Below, in pieces: positions 13,022 to 25,390 of a DNA stretch of 64,000 nucleotides. The notes beneath the pieces were generated by a model. It saw only the letters and a list, made by a program, of their open reading frames with translations. It did no database searches and was not told where the DNA came from. The first letter of the stretch is position 1. Every line of letters starts with the position of its first letter. This stretch comes from Sphaerodactylus townsendi (Eukaryota), in assembly GCF_021028975.2 (NCBI RefSeq), contig NC_059425.1, positions 82,212,001-82,276,000 on the forward strand, read 5' to 3'. A program made the position numbers and the translations under genes.

Positions 13022-13098
13022 GGGTAACACGTTCATTGGGTAACACGTTCATTGGGTAACACGTTCATTGGGTAACACGTTCATTGGGTAACACGTTC
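13022..13098. repeat. Perfect 16-bp minisatellite (GGGTAACACGTTCATT) x4.8
   Basis: Directly visible; units start at 13022, 13038, 13054, 13070 and 13086 (partial). Confidence 0.95.
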
Positions 13099-13437
13099 CA
13101 CCAGTCTTCAGCATATTAAGCAACTTGTGGAAATAGGCAAATCTATGTATGTTTGAAGTATGTTGTTCAAACCATTTTTAATTTCTGGGAGGATCCCAAT
13201 CCCTTTAGGACCAGCAGATGAGAACAATTTACAAGCAAATAGTATTTATTGCAAGATGGTAGTGTTCCTTCTTAAGAATTCTGTAGATTCAGGGGGTTAT
13301 TACTCTTCATATTTCAACATTAAAGTTTTATCGGTGTTGATTTGACATTGGATGTGAGGTGACTAATTAATTAATTAATTACTATGGAACAAGTGACACC
13401 AGAGTAACTGACCTGTAATTCAGATCTACCATAGCCT

Positions 13438-14338
13438 CAGAGGCGGACGGGGGGCAATGGCACCCGGGGCATCTGCTCCAAGTGCCCTCCCACCCCTGCT
13501 CACCCCACTTACCTTTGCAAGCTGCAGCCAGCTCCCACTGCCACCGAGCCCCCCACCCCAGCCTCCCTGCAGACTGGCTCCTGCCTCCCTGGGCAAGGAG
13601 GAGGAGGAGGCTGCAGCTCTGGGCGGGAGTCTCCCTGGCTGTGCAGCCACTGGGGTGGTAGATGCTCAGCAGAGGGAGGTGGCAGCCAGGCGCCACTCGC
13701 CACAGAGAGCAGGAGCTAGGAGTGGCACACCTTTGGCCCCTGGAGCTCCAGCCCACCCGGTGCTGCTGAAGGCCTGGCTAGTGACAGGCCTGCAGCATGA
13801 ATGCCAAGCAGACCAAGGGGTGCACCCTGGTGCCCTCAAGGGCAGCTTGCCAGGCATCTGTGCCCACTGCAAGGGGTGGCTTCCTCCCGGGAGCACAGGG
13901 ACCTGCTGGCGATCCTGCTGGCCCAGTCAGGAGAAAAGTTTGGCAAGGCAGTGGCCTCCTGCTCTATGACTGCCGCATCGGCATGATCCAGGACATGCCG
14001 TGCCTGGTCAAGCAGAGTAGGCAGGTGGAGGACAGGAGCCGGCCTGCAGGGAGGCAAGGGCGGGGCTTGGCAGCAGATGACTTGGGTGTCGTGGTGACAG
14101 GCTGGATCTTGCCCTCCCCAGCCTCCCTGGGGGAGGGCAGGAGTTAGCCTGCGGTTGCAGTATACTTCTCATTTCCCAGCATGGGGTGAGGTGCCGGGCG
14201 CCAGCTGGGTCGCTGCACCACGGGAGAGGCTGGGCACAGATAACCCATGCCATCACAGGCGCGCTCCCCCATGTGATGGCATGGTGTGTGCCCATGGACA
14301 TGGGTCATCCCATGTCCCCATTAGCAGTGTGCCGCTAC
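13438..14338. mobile_element. Degenerate GC-rich non-autonomous DNA transposon (hAT-like) with unexplained internal sequence
   Basis: The left end cagaggcggacg...gcacccggggc resembles cagaggcgtagc...gcgcccggtgc at ~21557. The right end is degraded and no clean TSD is seen. Confidence 0.4.
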
Positions 14339-15730
14339 AAAGCCTAGCATTGAAAGAAAGTCTAAGGCATTTAGGTGCAATCCTGTGTCTTGTACGCATA
14401 GCAGGGAGAGGTTTGCCAGGCACAATTTTTAAAATAACTAGAGCTGTTATGATATCCAAAGCTGCAGTTGTCAGACCTCATCCTGTTTCTCCAACATTAA
14501 GGACTCAGAAGCTCTATTTGTGTCAGCAGTTGATAAATCTTTCAGAAAGGAAGCCAGAGCGGTATTGCAAATAGAGCCACACATAGCTATACCAGTAAGT
14601 TAAAAACTCAGGTTCCACAAGGGTATCAACTGAAGAAAAAAGACCAAGAAAGAGTGGGAAATCTCAAGGAGGCGTTGCTCCCTCATTGTAGCATGCTGTC
14701 AGAACATACTAACACAAGATCTTTGCTCCAAGCTAAACTGGCTAGATTTGGAGGATCCGATAGATTTTCCAGAGTCCTGGATAGAGTGTACCAGTCTGCT
14801 GGCAAACATACTCTGAAGAGGAAGACTGATGGGTTTTGTTGGCTTTGTTCAATGGCACCTCCATTTGGAATATAGTAGAAGCAGAGACAGCTTCCATTCA
14901 TTATAGTAGTGGCAGCACAGCTAGCAACTCCATTTGCTTGTTTCATTATGTAAGGCACTGAACAGCAACCTTGTACACTTGTGCCCTAGTGACCCAACCA
15001 TTTTGACAGGGCTGCTTGCTTTTAATGGGGCAGGAACAGAAGGAGGTCTTGTTAATGACATCATTGCTGAGGTCCACGACAAGTCCCAGAATTGTACTTT
15101 GACTTGGTTTAGCATGTGGTTGAGTGAGAAATTTACCAAGCCTAGCAAATTGATTGGTATGCGATCAATCAACATGTGCCATGAGTTGCCTACCATGGAC
15201 TAAAGCATTGGACCAGGATCTTGGAAACCTGGAGGAAATACTGTGTCTGCAGTGGATCCACTTTGTGGCATACAATATCTCATGTTGACCTGCATATGTA
15301 CACTTTATAAACATTTCTGCATTATGCCATGCCATGACAAGTTTTATTTGTTTGTTTGCATTGTTTCAAATTTGGTAATCCTACTCCTACTGCATTGTTT
15401 ATTGGACATCTCATTCTGCCTGGCTGAATTATTTTTGTACTTCCTAATCCACCTTTAGTCTCAGTGAGCAAGATGGGCTATACATAATGACAATAAATGT
15501 AAAGATAAAAATAAAACTTATGACAAGTCTGATGTTGGGGGGTGTCAGAGAGGAATTCTGCCTACAAGCCCAGGAACAGCAAGCCCCTCAATAGAACTGC
15601 AAATGTCTTTTGACAAAACCCAATTCCTTACAAAAGCTCGTGTACTCATCTCTGCCTTAGATTTGCCTTTATCTGTGGCATTATTTATTTATTTAGAATA
15701 TTTCTATCCCCTTTCTCCAAAAATATTGCC

Positions 15731-16286
15731 TGTTCTCCCCCCCCCCCCCAGTGAATCTGTTTTTGGTGCCCTGTACTTGGATAGGACAGAGTGGGGGAGA
15801 CACAAACCAGGTTCAACAGTTCAACAATAGGTTTATTACTTAAAAGAATTAAGACCCTAACTCCTCCCTTGGGTCTGTCTTAATCAGAGTACTTGCTTGT
15901 CTCGAGCAGATTTGAAGCTGTAGACTGTGTCTTCTCTTGGCTGCTTTCAAGAAAGTCCACTGTGTTTTGCTTCTTTTTAGTTCTTTCAGTCCTTGTCTGG
16001 TTCTAATTGCTGTTAACCTTAACTTGTGCTCTATGGACCACCATACACGTCACAAATATTCCTGTCTCCAGCTACCCTTGACACCTCGCTCTGACTGACT
16101 GGCCAGAGCTAAAACAGGGGATTGCTGGGTAAAGAAGGAAACTGCCTATTGGGAAATATCTTAAAGGGACAGGGGCTAACTTAATCCCCTCCCTTAGAAG
16201 ACTTAACAATGAACTAAACCGATGTTAACTATAGGGAAACTGAAGCTTAATGGGGAAATAACAAAAGCCTCTGTGGGGGCATGACA
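15731..16286 (-). mobile_element. Solo LTR (556 bp)
   Basis: TG...CA termini (TGTTCTCCCC / GGGGGCATGACA), perfect 5-bp TSD ttgcc, and AATAAA on the minus strand near 15833. Confidence 0.8.
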
Positions 16287-16807
16287 TTGCCCAAGGTAAA
16301 ATAAGAACAGAACAATAAACTTGCCCAAGGTAAAATAAAAATATTTAACTATAAATTAGTTTAAAGCAATTAAACTGGTTGCTAAACTCCCAACAATACA
16401 TTTTTCAGTGATAAAACAATGATCAGTGAACAGCACAAAAATTTACAAATGGGCCAGGCTGTAGCAAAGCAGTTGAAATATGAGAAATCAATAAAATGTA
16501 GCTAAAAGTATGGGCCAAGATAAATATTTGCACTTGCTACCTAACTTCAGGGAACCTTGTGATGATGATCTTTACTGGTGGGATGGACAGCGCAGGAGAA
16601 GGTGATCCTTCATGTACACTACTCCCAACTCACTTGTACCCAGTAACAGATAAGCCACCAGTGCAGATTTTCCAGCACAGGTGTTATACAGTCCATGTAG
16701 CCTATTCCTGACAGCAGTCTGGATGTGATCATTGCATGGAACATGCTGTAGAAGCCATAGCTGCCATATTATCCCTTCATTTTTTTTAAAAAAAAACTGT
16801 GTATCAC

Positions 16808-17980
16808 TGTCACGCTAGGTTCCACCTTTTTTCTCTCTTGTGTTTGATCTCAGAGATTATCACACTAGAGACTTTTCAAAGTTTAACCATAAAACATTAG
16901 AATTTTTATTACACACCTCAGGGGAACAGGATGAGGGCAGGGAGAAATTTGGTGTGATGAAAAAAGCAGTATAATATACCAATATTAAGACAGATGGCAT
17001 TTAATTGTTTGATACATTTTCAGTTTGTTACAGCTTTCTAAATTCTTTCAAATAAAACAGAGGCTGTTTCTGCACAGCCAAGGGAGAGAGCCTGCATTGG
17101 CATTAATCATGCCGATGCAGGCTCTCGGGCCGTTCGCACAAATGGCCCCATGGGATGCGCAGCTGTTGGAGCAAGTTCCGCACAGCCACGTATTCCCCTC
17201 CCTGGCCCCAAATGCCTCCTTACCTTCTGCTGGCAGCTGCGTCGCTCTATCATCACTCTGAGGAGGGAAGGGGACACCCCCCCCCCCATGGCCACAGTGA
17301 CGACTGAAGCACCGGAGACCAGGGGGCGTGTCCCCCTCCCTCCGCAGAGCGTATACACTGTTTTGAATACACTGTTTTGGCGGGCACAGAGCGCTGCTGC
17401 ATTGATTTGGCAGCGGTGCCTGTGCGAAGGGTCCCCACCAAAATGGTGTTTTACCGGGCTGAAGCCGGTGCTTTCAGCCCTTGCAGAAACCGCCAGACTT
17501 TCCTATTATGCAGCTTTGATTAAGATGTGCACTCAGAAGGTCATGTGTAAACTCTGGTGCTGGATCACTTGAGAGCTTTTGAAGATAATCCATCTCAGAA
17601 TTAGGGATGGGAATTCTCCCATATGAAGTCTAAATTTCCCTCCTGGCTAGAGACTGTCCCTCTCCAACACCATCTCTTTCTCAGTCAGCTCCCTCTGTTC
17701 TACAATTCAGGAGATGATCTAACTCTGTTTTTAGAACCTTCACAAGAAATTCATTTTTCCCTAGAAGTTTATTCCCCTCTTTTTTTGATTAATGTTTTTA
17801 ACCTGATCGGTTTGGCTAGAGTAGAGTCCTTTTTCCCAAAAACTCTTTCCCTGCCAATGGCACAGGGCTGTTCACAGACTAAACACATCTGAATTCTCCA
17901 GTTCCAATAATTCCTCCCCCCACCCAAACTTGTCAGCAGCTCTGACTGAGTTCTAAATTTTATCCACTCCCAGTATGTCA
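16808..17980 (-). mobile_element. Probable solo LTR containing a nested MITE
   Basis: Ends TGTCACGCTAGG...CCCAGTATGTCA with near-TSD atcac/ctcac. Minus-strand AATAAA near 16906. Confidence 0.5.
17062..17494. mobile_element. PIF/Harbinger-like MITE nested in the LTR
   Basis: 13-bp TIR GGCTGTTTCTGCA/TGCAGAAACCGCC (1 mismatch), 3-bp TSD aga, CpG-rich interior. Confidence 0.7.
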
Positions 17981-19459
17981 CTCACATACATAGGTTCTAT
18001 GAAGAATTAATCATTCACAGACAAGCTTGTTTCTGCTACCACATTCTCCTAGCTTTGAAGTAGTATTTTATGGAATGGAGTTTTTATACACTATTTTCTT
18101 TAGGTCCATCATAAACACAGAGGAGAAACCTTTCAGTTTTGGCTTCCTTGATCGAGCACTTTGAATCTTCTGTTCTACTGACTTTGTTGGAACTGAGTTT
18201 AATTGACAACTTGTGACCCACTTTTCATTGTTGTTGGGAGATCAAGCAGAATAAAAACAGTAAGGAATCTTGCACATTTAGTGTACTTAATATAAAATAA
18301 ATATTAATTGTCCCCCCTATTAAAAGTATGTCTGACCAAGCACACTGCTTTCCCTCCAGCTTCAGCAACTTTTAAGGAGAACTGAGTAAATTTGAAGTTT
18401 GAATAATCCCTCCATTCATCTCTCTCTTCATCTCTCTCTTGCTTTCTTTTGCTCTCTATCTTCTATGATTGAGCCGTAGGGAAATCCCTGTTCAGTGCTA
18501 GCTACCAACTGTGAAGATTAGCAGGCTGTTACTCATACAGTATTTTAAATAGGGACATCTATCCCTTGCTCTGGCAAAATAATTTCATTAAACAAAGAAA
18601 ATCATCTGAAGATTGAAGTCTTCTTGACCTGAATGATATCATTTTGAAGCTAATTGTTTAGAACGTTTAAAACTTGTGTTTTGTATCACTTCTCTAAGGA
18701 AACGGAAATTACACAACTCATCTAGCAGTGATTCCACAACTGAGGCTTAACTATGTAGCAGCTTATAAAAATAGCTACTACTTAGAGCATGAGGACCATT
18801 ATGGAATAATAAACAAGGTTGGTCACTGAATCCATGTCTGTAACTAATAAAGAATATCTGCTGTTAAAGTCATTAATCTAGAGTTATTAGAAAACAGAAG
18901 GTTCACAATAGACTGGGCTGCCTGGGTGGATGCAGCAGACCGCCTCAGGTGATAGGTTTTGAGACACCACTGAAGAACAGCAAGTTGACAGTTATTTAGC
19001 AAAATGTGTTTGCTCCCAGTGGGTGGTAACTATCTAATTCTGAAATGCTGTTTAGTGGACTTTGAGAGTATCAGTGTGGGGAGACATGCTTCTAAAATTA
19101 GCTTTAAAGAGAAAATAGGGAAAACACAGGCATATGTAATGCTTGAGTATAAGAAACAGTCTCACTTTTCCCAATCTGTTGCAGTATTGCTGGTTCTATT
19201 TTTAGGGTTTTATTGATTAATGTTTTTAACCTGATCGGTTTTATATTGAATGCCTATTATGATTGTTTTATTATTTACTTTGTTGTTCAACACCCTGAAC
19301 CCTCCGGGGGAGGGCACTATAGAAGTCTAATGATAAATAAATAAATAACTTCAAAATGTTTGGTAGACTCCAGTATTCCAAGCACTCTTGTCCAAGGTAG
19401 TTTTTGCAGGATATAATTTCATTTGAGGTATTACAAGTGAAAGGAAGCTACTTCAGTCT

Positions 19460-19880
19460 TGGGTACCTGAGAGAGCACATCTGCCCATATATTCCTGCTT
19501 GGGTGCTAAGATTGGAGGGGGAGGCTCACCTGACTGTCCCACCCTTTTTAGAGGTAAGGAGGTTGAAGCAGCCCTGAGAGCCTTCTCTACAGTGGCTCCT
19601 ACACTATGGAATGCCCTTCTTCCAGAGGTTGTTCAAGTTTCTGTACTTGATGAAGACCATCCTCTTCATCCAGGGTGTTTGACTGACTCCACCCACTGAA
19701 GGGGACCACCTAAGATGTCTATACTCCCTTTCTTTTTATGGGTAGGGTGAGTGAAAGAGATTTTAGATTATGTTTGGGTTTTGGGATGGGGTTTTATTGT
19801 GTTTTTACTGTCATGAATTTGATAGTGTATGGTTTTTATTGTAACCCACCCTGAGAATGTAGTGAATGTAGGCTAATAAA
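19460..19880 (+). mobile_element. Old L2 3' fragment
   Basis: Translates to RAFSTVAPTLWNALLPEV, followed by an L2-like tail. Confidence 0.65.
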
Positions 19881-20569
19881 TGCATAGAAGTAGAAACTAT
19901 TCATCATTTGAGAATATCATGACTCTCACTGTTTTCTCTGAGAGAATTTCAGGTATAGATTCATATGCTTAGCTAATAATGGACCTAAAAATCAAGGCAA
20001 ACACAGGTTGAATTTATCTTGTAGATGTAATTGATCATGCTGGCTGAATGAGAAGACCAGAATGCAAACCAATGGGTCATATTTGTTTTATAAATTTCAT
20101 AAATATAGCATAACCACACAATTTTTTTTTATTCAAATGAAGTTCTGACTCATTCTTTATCTATGTTCTTGGGCTGGCAGCAAAGAAGGGAAAAGAATAA
20201 TACACAATTCAGCTGCATCTCCAAAGAAGGCTGCAATTAGTTGATTGAAAAGGAATTTGGTTTGACCATCCAGTTGACATCCAATGTTTTTGTCCATGAT
20301 AACCCAATATTCTGTCAGATCAAAAACTGTGGCTCCTCTGAAGACTGGCTGGAGTCTTTTGATGAACATTCTGGCTATGATACTTAAGGAAGAGTATTAT
20401 TGATTTCAATGGGATTTTAAATGCAGCCTAGCAAAACGAACATCATGACACTCTTTAATCATCTGTTTTTAAAAACTTTCTCTTTTGAACTCATCTCTTT
20501 TAAAAAATGTTTAAAACTGTTTTTTTTTTTTAAAAACAGCCTTTCCTAATATGAAAGGTGTTAAGGTAT

Positions 20570-21210
20570 TTCAACTTCCTAGTCATCTTGGTTGCCGTCC
20601 TCTGACTTTTTCCTAGTGTGTGGTGTCTTTTTTGATATACAGTGACCAAATCTGTACACGATATTTCAAATGAGACCATACACTACTGATCTATACAGGG
20701 GGATTATAATATTAGCCATTTTATTTTCTATCCCTTTCCTAATAATTTCTAACATATCGTTTGCCTTTTTTGCTGCAGCAGCACACTGGTTTACACTAAT
20801 TGAGCTGGTTGCTATGACCGCCACCAGATTTTTCCCTCTCAGTCTCACAAATTCAGACTCTAGTAGTCTATACTTGAAGCTGGGATTTTTGTCCAGGTTT
20901 GCATCACCTTACATTTAACAGCAGTGAACTTCATTTTCTACAATGTTGTTCATAGAATCATAGAGTTGGAAAAAACCACAAGGGCCATACTGCCCAACCC
21001 CCTGTCATGTAGGAACACTCAGTCAAAGCACTCCCAAGAGATGGCCATCCAGCCTCTGTTTAAAAACTTCCAAAGGAGGAGACTTCAGCACCCTCCAAGG
21101 AAGCATATTCAATGTTGAACATCCCTTATAATCAGGAAGTTCTTTCTAGTGTTTAGATGGAATCTCTTTTCCTGTAATTTGAATATATTAGTCCTTGTCC
21201 TAGTATCTGT
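20570..21210 (-). mobile_element. CR1 LINE fragments (RT piece 20570-20950; 3' end of a second CR1 at 20951-21210)
   Basis: Minus ORF contains QCAAAAKKANDMLEIIRKGIENK. A CR1-type tail (tctatgat repeats on the minus strand) lies at 20951. Confidence 0.75.
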
Positions 21211-21766
21211 ATCCATGTGTTCTGCATGTCATCACAGCCCTTTGATCTTAAATATGTGTTCAGGTAAAAGTGATACTACCAGTCCTATCCTATTCAATCT
21301 AAAAAGTGTCTCAAAATTCTCTTCAGGTTTTTCTTACTGTTGAGGAGAAAAATTCTTTCTGAAGGGCTATAGAAGGACACCGGTCAAAAGCCATCCCTTC
21401 CTCTTACAATCCCCAGCCAGCCTCTGGCTTAGTGTCTTTACAGGCGATAGTCAATCAGTTTCTCCTGACTGTATGACAGTGTTCCAAACAGACGCCATTT
21501 CCCATACTGATGTTTGATAAATTTTCTTTGCCATGGCCCAAAACATGGCCAAGATCAGAGGCGTAGCTGGGCCAAACTGCGCCCGGTGCAAACTCTGTGT
21601 TTTCTGCCATCCCATGGGCCCCGCTTCTGCCCCCCGTGATCTCCCCCCAAAGAGGAATATCTGTCCTTTAGATGTTGAAAAGATATAACAGACACAGGTT
21701 AATTCAGCTGTCCATACTGTGGGTTGTTAAGCCTCCATCAATAGGGCATCCGCTATGACGCTATAA

Positions 21767-21769
<3 letters not shown>

Positions 21770-21846
<77 letters not shown>
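21770..21846. repeat. (TTA)n microsatellite, the tail of a very short minus-strand L2 end
   Basis: Directly visible; followed by accgccccacccccgaagggct, the reverse of the L2 terminus at 11716-11745. Confidence 0.9.
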
Positions 21847-21849
<3 letters not shown>

Positions 21850-22136
21850 TAAATGTGATAGACCGCCCCACCCCCGAAGGGCTTTAGTCTGCATGATATA
21901 CCATAGAACTGTATGTCTTACAGCTTTCACCCTCTGAAGCCACTCTAGGACTTCCATTTATATTGGACTTCATATTGTACCATAGAGTCCACCCTCATAA
22001 GCTTCTATTTTCTCCAGGGGAATGGATCTCTACCAAGTTGTATTGTACCTTTACTAACTGGAAAGGAGGTTGACTCTATTTGTATGTGCTAGGTGGTTAA
22101 ATAATACAATGGATCTTTATTCCTTAATGCATAGGG

Positions 22137-22294
22137 CAGGGGTGTCCAACTCTGGCATTTCAGATGTTCATGGACTACAACTCCCATCAGCCCCTGCTGG
22201 CAGGGCCAATTGAATGGCCAATTGGCCATGACAGTAGGGACTGATGGGAATTGTAGTCCATGAACATCTGAAACGCCAGAGTTGGAAACTCATG
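22137..22294. mobile_element. Palindromic hAT MITE ~250 bp upstream of the GREM2 acceptor
   Basis: Long imperfect inverted arms (ccaactctggc...ggactacaa / ttgtagtcc...gccagagttgg) with TSD gcataggg/gcatagga. Confidence 0.85.
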
Positions 22295-22519
22295 GCATAG
22301 GATAATTGGTAATAACAACATCTATATATCCCCTGGGAGGAAAATAATTATCCAGTGTTCTTAAGTGACCAAGTAGTTTTAAGTAAGTACTTCCATCTCA
22401 GATTCCTTTATGACTGAAAGTACATCTCTGGATCTCTTTATTTATGGCATCATAAAAGACTAGCTTAGAATGAAACATCACAACAGAGTACTAACTGTTT
22501 TCTGGACTTGTGGTGTCTC

Positions 22520-22545
22520 ACCTTATCTTGTTGTCTCATTGCAGG
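22520..22545 (+). promoter_or_regulatory. GREM2: Splice acceptor of the GREM2 coding exon
   Basis: Pyrimidine tract ccttatcttgttgtctcattgcAG|G-ATG, so the exon starts one base before the ATG, as I recall for gremlin genes. The upstream sequence in the window is therefore probably GREM2 intron 1. Confidence 0.85.
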
Positions 22546-23058
22546 ATGACCTGGAAACTTGTTTTATCCTTGTTTCTTGTGTCCTCTTTGGTTCAAGTGT
22601 CGGATACCAGGAAAAACCGTCCAGCAGGAGCCATTCCTTCACCTTACAAAGATGGCAGAAGCAACAACTCCGAGCGGCAGCAGCATCTAAACAAAGAGGT
22701 GCTAGCTTCAAGCCAGGAGGCTTTGGTCGTCACAGAGAGGAAGTACCTCAAAAGTGACTGGTGCAAAACACAACCACTGCGGCAGACCGTCAGTGAGGAG
22801 GGCTGTATAAGCCGCACTATCATCAACCGATTCTGTTATGGCCAGTGCAACTCATTTTACATCCCCCGGCATGTGAAAAAGGAGGAGGAATCTTTTCAGT
22901 CCTGTGCCTTCTGCAAGCCTCAGAAGGTTACTTCCTTCACTGTAGAGCTGGACTGTCCTGAACTGGACCCCCCGTTCCGACTTAAGAAAATCCAGAAAGT
23001 CAAGCAGTGTCGGTGTATGTCTGTGAACCTCAGCAGTGGAGGCAAACAGCAGAAGTGA
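22546..23058 (+). CDS. GREM2: Gremlin-2 (PRDC), secreted DAN-family cystine-knot BMP antagonist, 170 aa
   Basis: Signal peptide MTWKLVLSLFLV.. then RKNRPAGAIPSPYKD, EVLASSQEALVVTERKYLKSDWCKTQPL, NRFCYGQCNSFYIPRH and QCRC, with 9 Cys. The short N-terminus distinguishes it from GREM1. The ORF-track start at 22510 lies in the intron. Confidence 0.97.
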   Translation: MTWKLVLSLFLVSSLVQVSDTRKNRPAGAIPSPYKDGRSNNSERQQHLNKEVLASSQEALVVTERKYLKSDWCKTQPLRQTVSEEGCISRTIINRFCYGQCNSFYIPRHVKKEEESFQSCAFCKPQKVTSFTVELDCPELDPPFRLKKIQKVKQCRCMSVNLSSGGKQQK

Positions 23059-25390
23059 GGGTTGGCAGCTGACACGGCTGGAGGTGTCATGACCTCACTT
23101 TTCTAATGGACTGATCATTTTTCTTCTGCCGTGAGTTGTTTCTTGTGCTATGTAGCCTTTTGAACCTTTATCTACTGGAAATAAAGGCTACTGTAGACTG
23201 GTCAAAGTACTCCTTGTTTTTTACCAAAGCAACTGTTTTTTACCATTGGGTCTACGTCATTAAGGGTGAATGCAGCATCAGATTCAGGAATGACTAATTA
23301 GGTAGCCAGTGGTTGAATCCAACACTTAACATTTCCACTGTGTGGAAAAACTTTTGGCCTACATTCCTTCCCTGGTTTTTCGATGAAGAGAAGGCCCAGT
23401 GAAGTCTTCAAAATTCCTCCTCAGTTTTGGAACTCCGCTTCAGCTTAGTCTACCCCTCCCAATGCTGTCTTCCTTGGGCTGTAAGGCTGACATGGCTACT
23501 GCAAGCAGTGGCTAAAGGAAAGTGATGATTTTCTAGTTGTCCAGACTGAAAGAAAAAGGGCTATGGACTTTATAATCCATGGAGATAACTAATCTGTCAC
23601 TTTCTCATGAGGAGACAGAAGATTGACTTATATACATTTTCAGCTAGATTGCCTCAAGCACACATTAACAGACATCATCCATTTGTAATGCAGCTACAGC
23701 AAACTTGTTAAATTTGTTAATATTGACATAACCATGTATATTTTGTGATGTGCTGAAATATTTGAAAATTTAGGATAACGCTTCTGAACCACTGGCCCAG
23801 ATCATGCCTTGAAAGTGACAGGATGTTGATAGGATGTGTTTCTTTTAGCAGATTTTCCCCCCTACTAATTTAAGTCTTTGTCTCACCCAGTAACTATTTG
23901 GCATTCAGTCAACCAATGTTGCATCGTTACTTGTTGGAGGAAAACTATATTGTGTTTAACTTATTAAAACACAAGGTGAACAATATTGTATTTTGTTGTT
24001 GAATACACACACACACACAAACACAAGCAAACAATGCCATAAATCATTCTCAAATCCTCTTGTAGGCACAACTTGTTTCATTCACTGAACTTTTTTCATG
24101 CTTAGAAAAAGCTTTAGGCCATACTAGTTCAGTATTTTAAGATGGCTATTTCAAGTTCTTTGGCAGAGTTGTGATGGTACTGTGAGAGTTCATGACTCTT
24201 TGCACATAAACTAGCCTGATTGTTCCCATTTTCACCCCACCCTTGATTGAGGCATCATGCTACTACTCATTGTTTAGTTGTGACTTGGAATAATAGTTGC
24301 AAAGGCTGCCCTGTGAATTATGTTTTTCATATTGTAAGTAATCTTTGTGCAGAAGGCAGTGTGGATATAATATTTTGTTTACCAAGAGCCTCCTGGAATT
24401 ATGTTTTAAGGAAAATATTAAATAACTGATCAGAGTAGGGAATAATCAATGTATGCTCTATTCATTTTCAGTATTACTGAATATGCCCTCTTTCCTGTCT
24501 GGTCTAAGATATGAGAAGTGACTCCATCATCCTGCATGATAATATACTTAGCATGATTCCTCTGAAGTGGGTTGAGTCCCACTGCCATTCATGATTGCTG
24601 CTCAGAACTTGGTATTTACAGTGCTTCCAGCTGAAGAAATTTAGTTTCCTGTGAAACCTCTTACTGCCAGTTTCCTCAGAAACGAGCACCAAAAGGGTTA
24701 AAGAAATAGTTTCTTTGGAGCTCAGGTTTGATGCCAATTCAAAGGTTCAGTGACACAGTTCACTATTATGTGAGACAGGCTGCTTTAAGAAGCTTTGGAG
24801 GACTGATCTCTGCTAGGGCTCACCAATCGGTTTATGGGGATTGGCACGGGGAGGAGGGATTGGGTAGCTATGTTAGTCCTATATTTTTCTCCCTGAGTGT
24901 TACACAATAGCTGAGCTTCACTTGGGGACGCATGAGAGAGAAGGCGAGACCTGATTTTGAGAGGCTTCCACTGCCATATATTATTCTGCTGCTTGTGCTG
25001 CGACTTCCCAAAGCTGCTTGGCCAAGATGGAAGGATTGAAATGGCTGTCCCATCCAGACTTGTGGCTCAGGTCTGCTGCCTCAGTCAGATGGAGATAGAG
25101 TTAACATCAGTTCCCACTTCAGAATTTAGCAGATTTGCAAAACAACTGTGTGAGGAAAAATGTGCAGACAGGGCTTCTTACCAATCTGTGATAAGTGAAA
25201 TATGCTGCAATAGGGAAAACTCTCCTTGGCGCTACATTCAAAGAGTTGAGTTGACATTGTAATGGTTCATACTATTTAATGTTTGTTTTATAAATGAAAA
25301 CAAAATTGAAGAAATCTTATAACTATAATTATTTTATAGGTGTATTATTGTTAAATTATAGAATAAAATAAAGATACTCTAGAAATATAT
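23059..25390 (+). other. GREM2: Probable GREM2 3'UTR
   Basis: TE-poor stretch ending at a double AATAAA followed by a GU/U-rich tract. Confidence 0.6.
25362..25372 (+). terminator. Overlapping double polyadenylation signal (AATAAAATAAA)
   Basis: Sits in AU-rich context with downstream tattctgttattttcatgtctgtctttt. A proximal AATAAA also occurs at 23180. Confidence 0.65.

Noticed and set aside
13022-13098. CRISPR-like array
   Set aside because: There are no spacers, the context is eukaryotic and no cas genes are present; it is a plain tandem repeat. The same applies to 56885-57070, whose spacers are related to each other.
1-22500. GREM2 promoter or non-coding exon 1
   Set aside because: No non-TE CpG island or convincing first exon is seen, and the GC-rich patches here fall within TE-like elements. 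Exon 1 is probably upstream of the window.
22510-22545. 12-aa N-terminal extension of GREM2 in the ORF track
   Set aside because: It starts at a non-ATG codon inside the intronic pyrimidine tract. The true start is the ATG at 22546, just after the AG acceptor.
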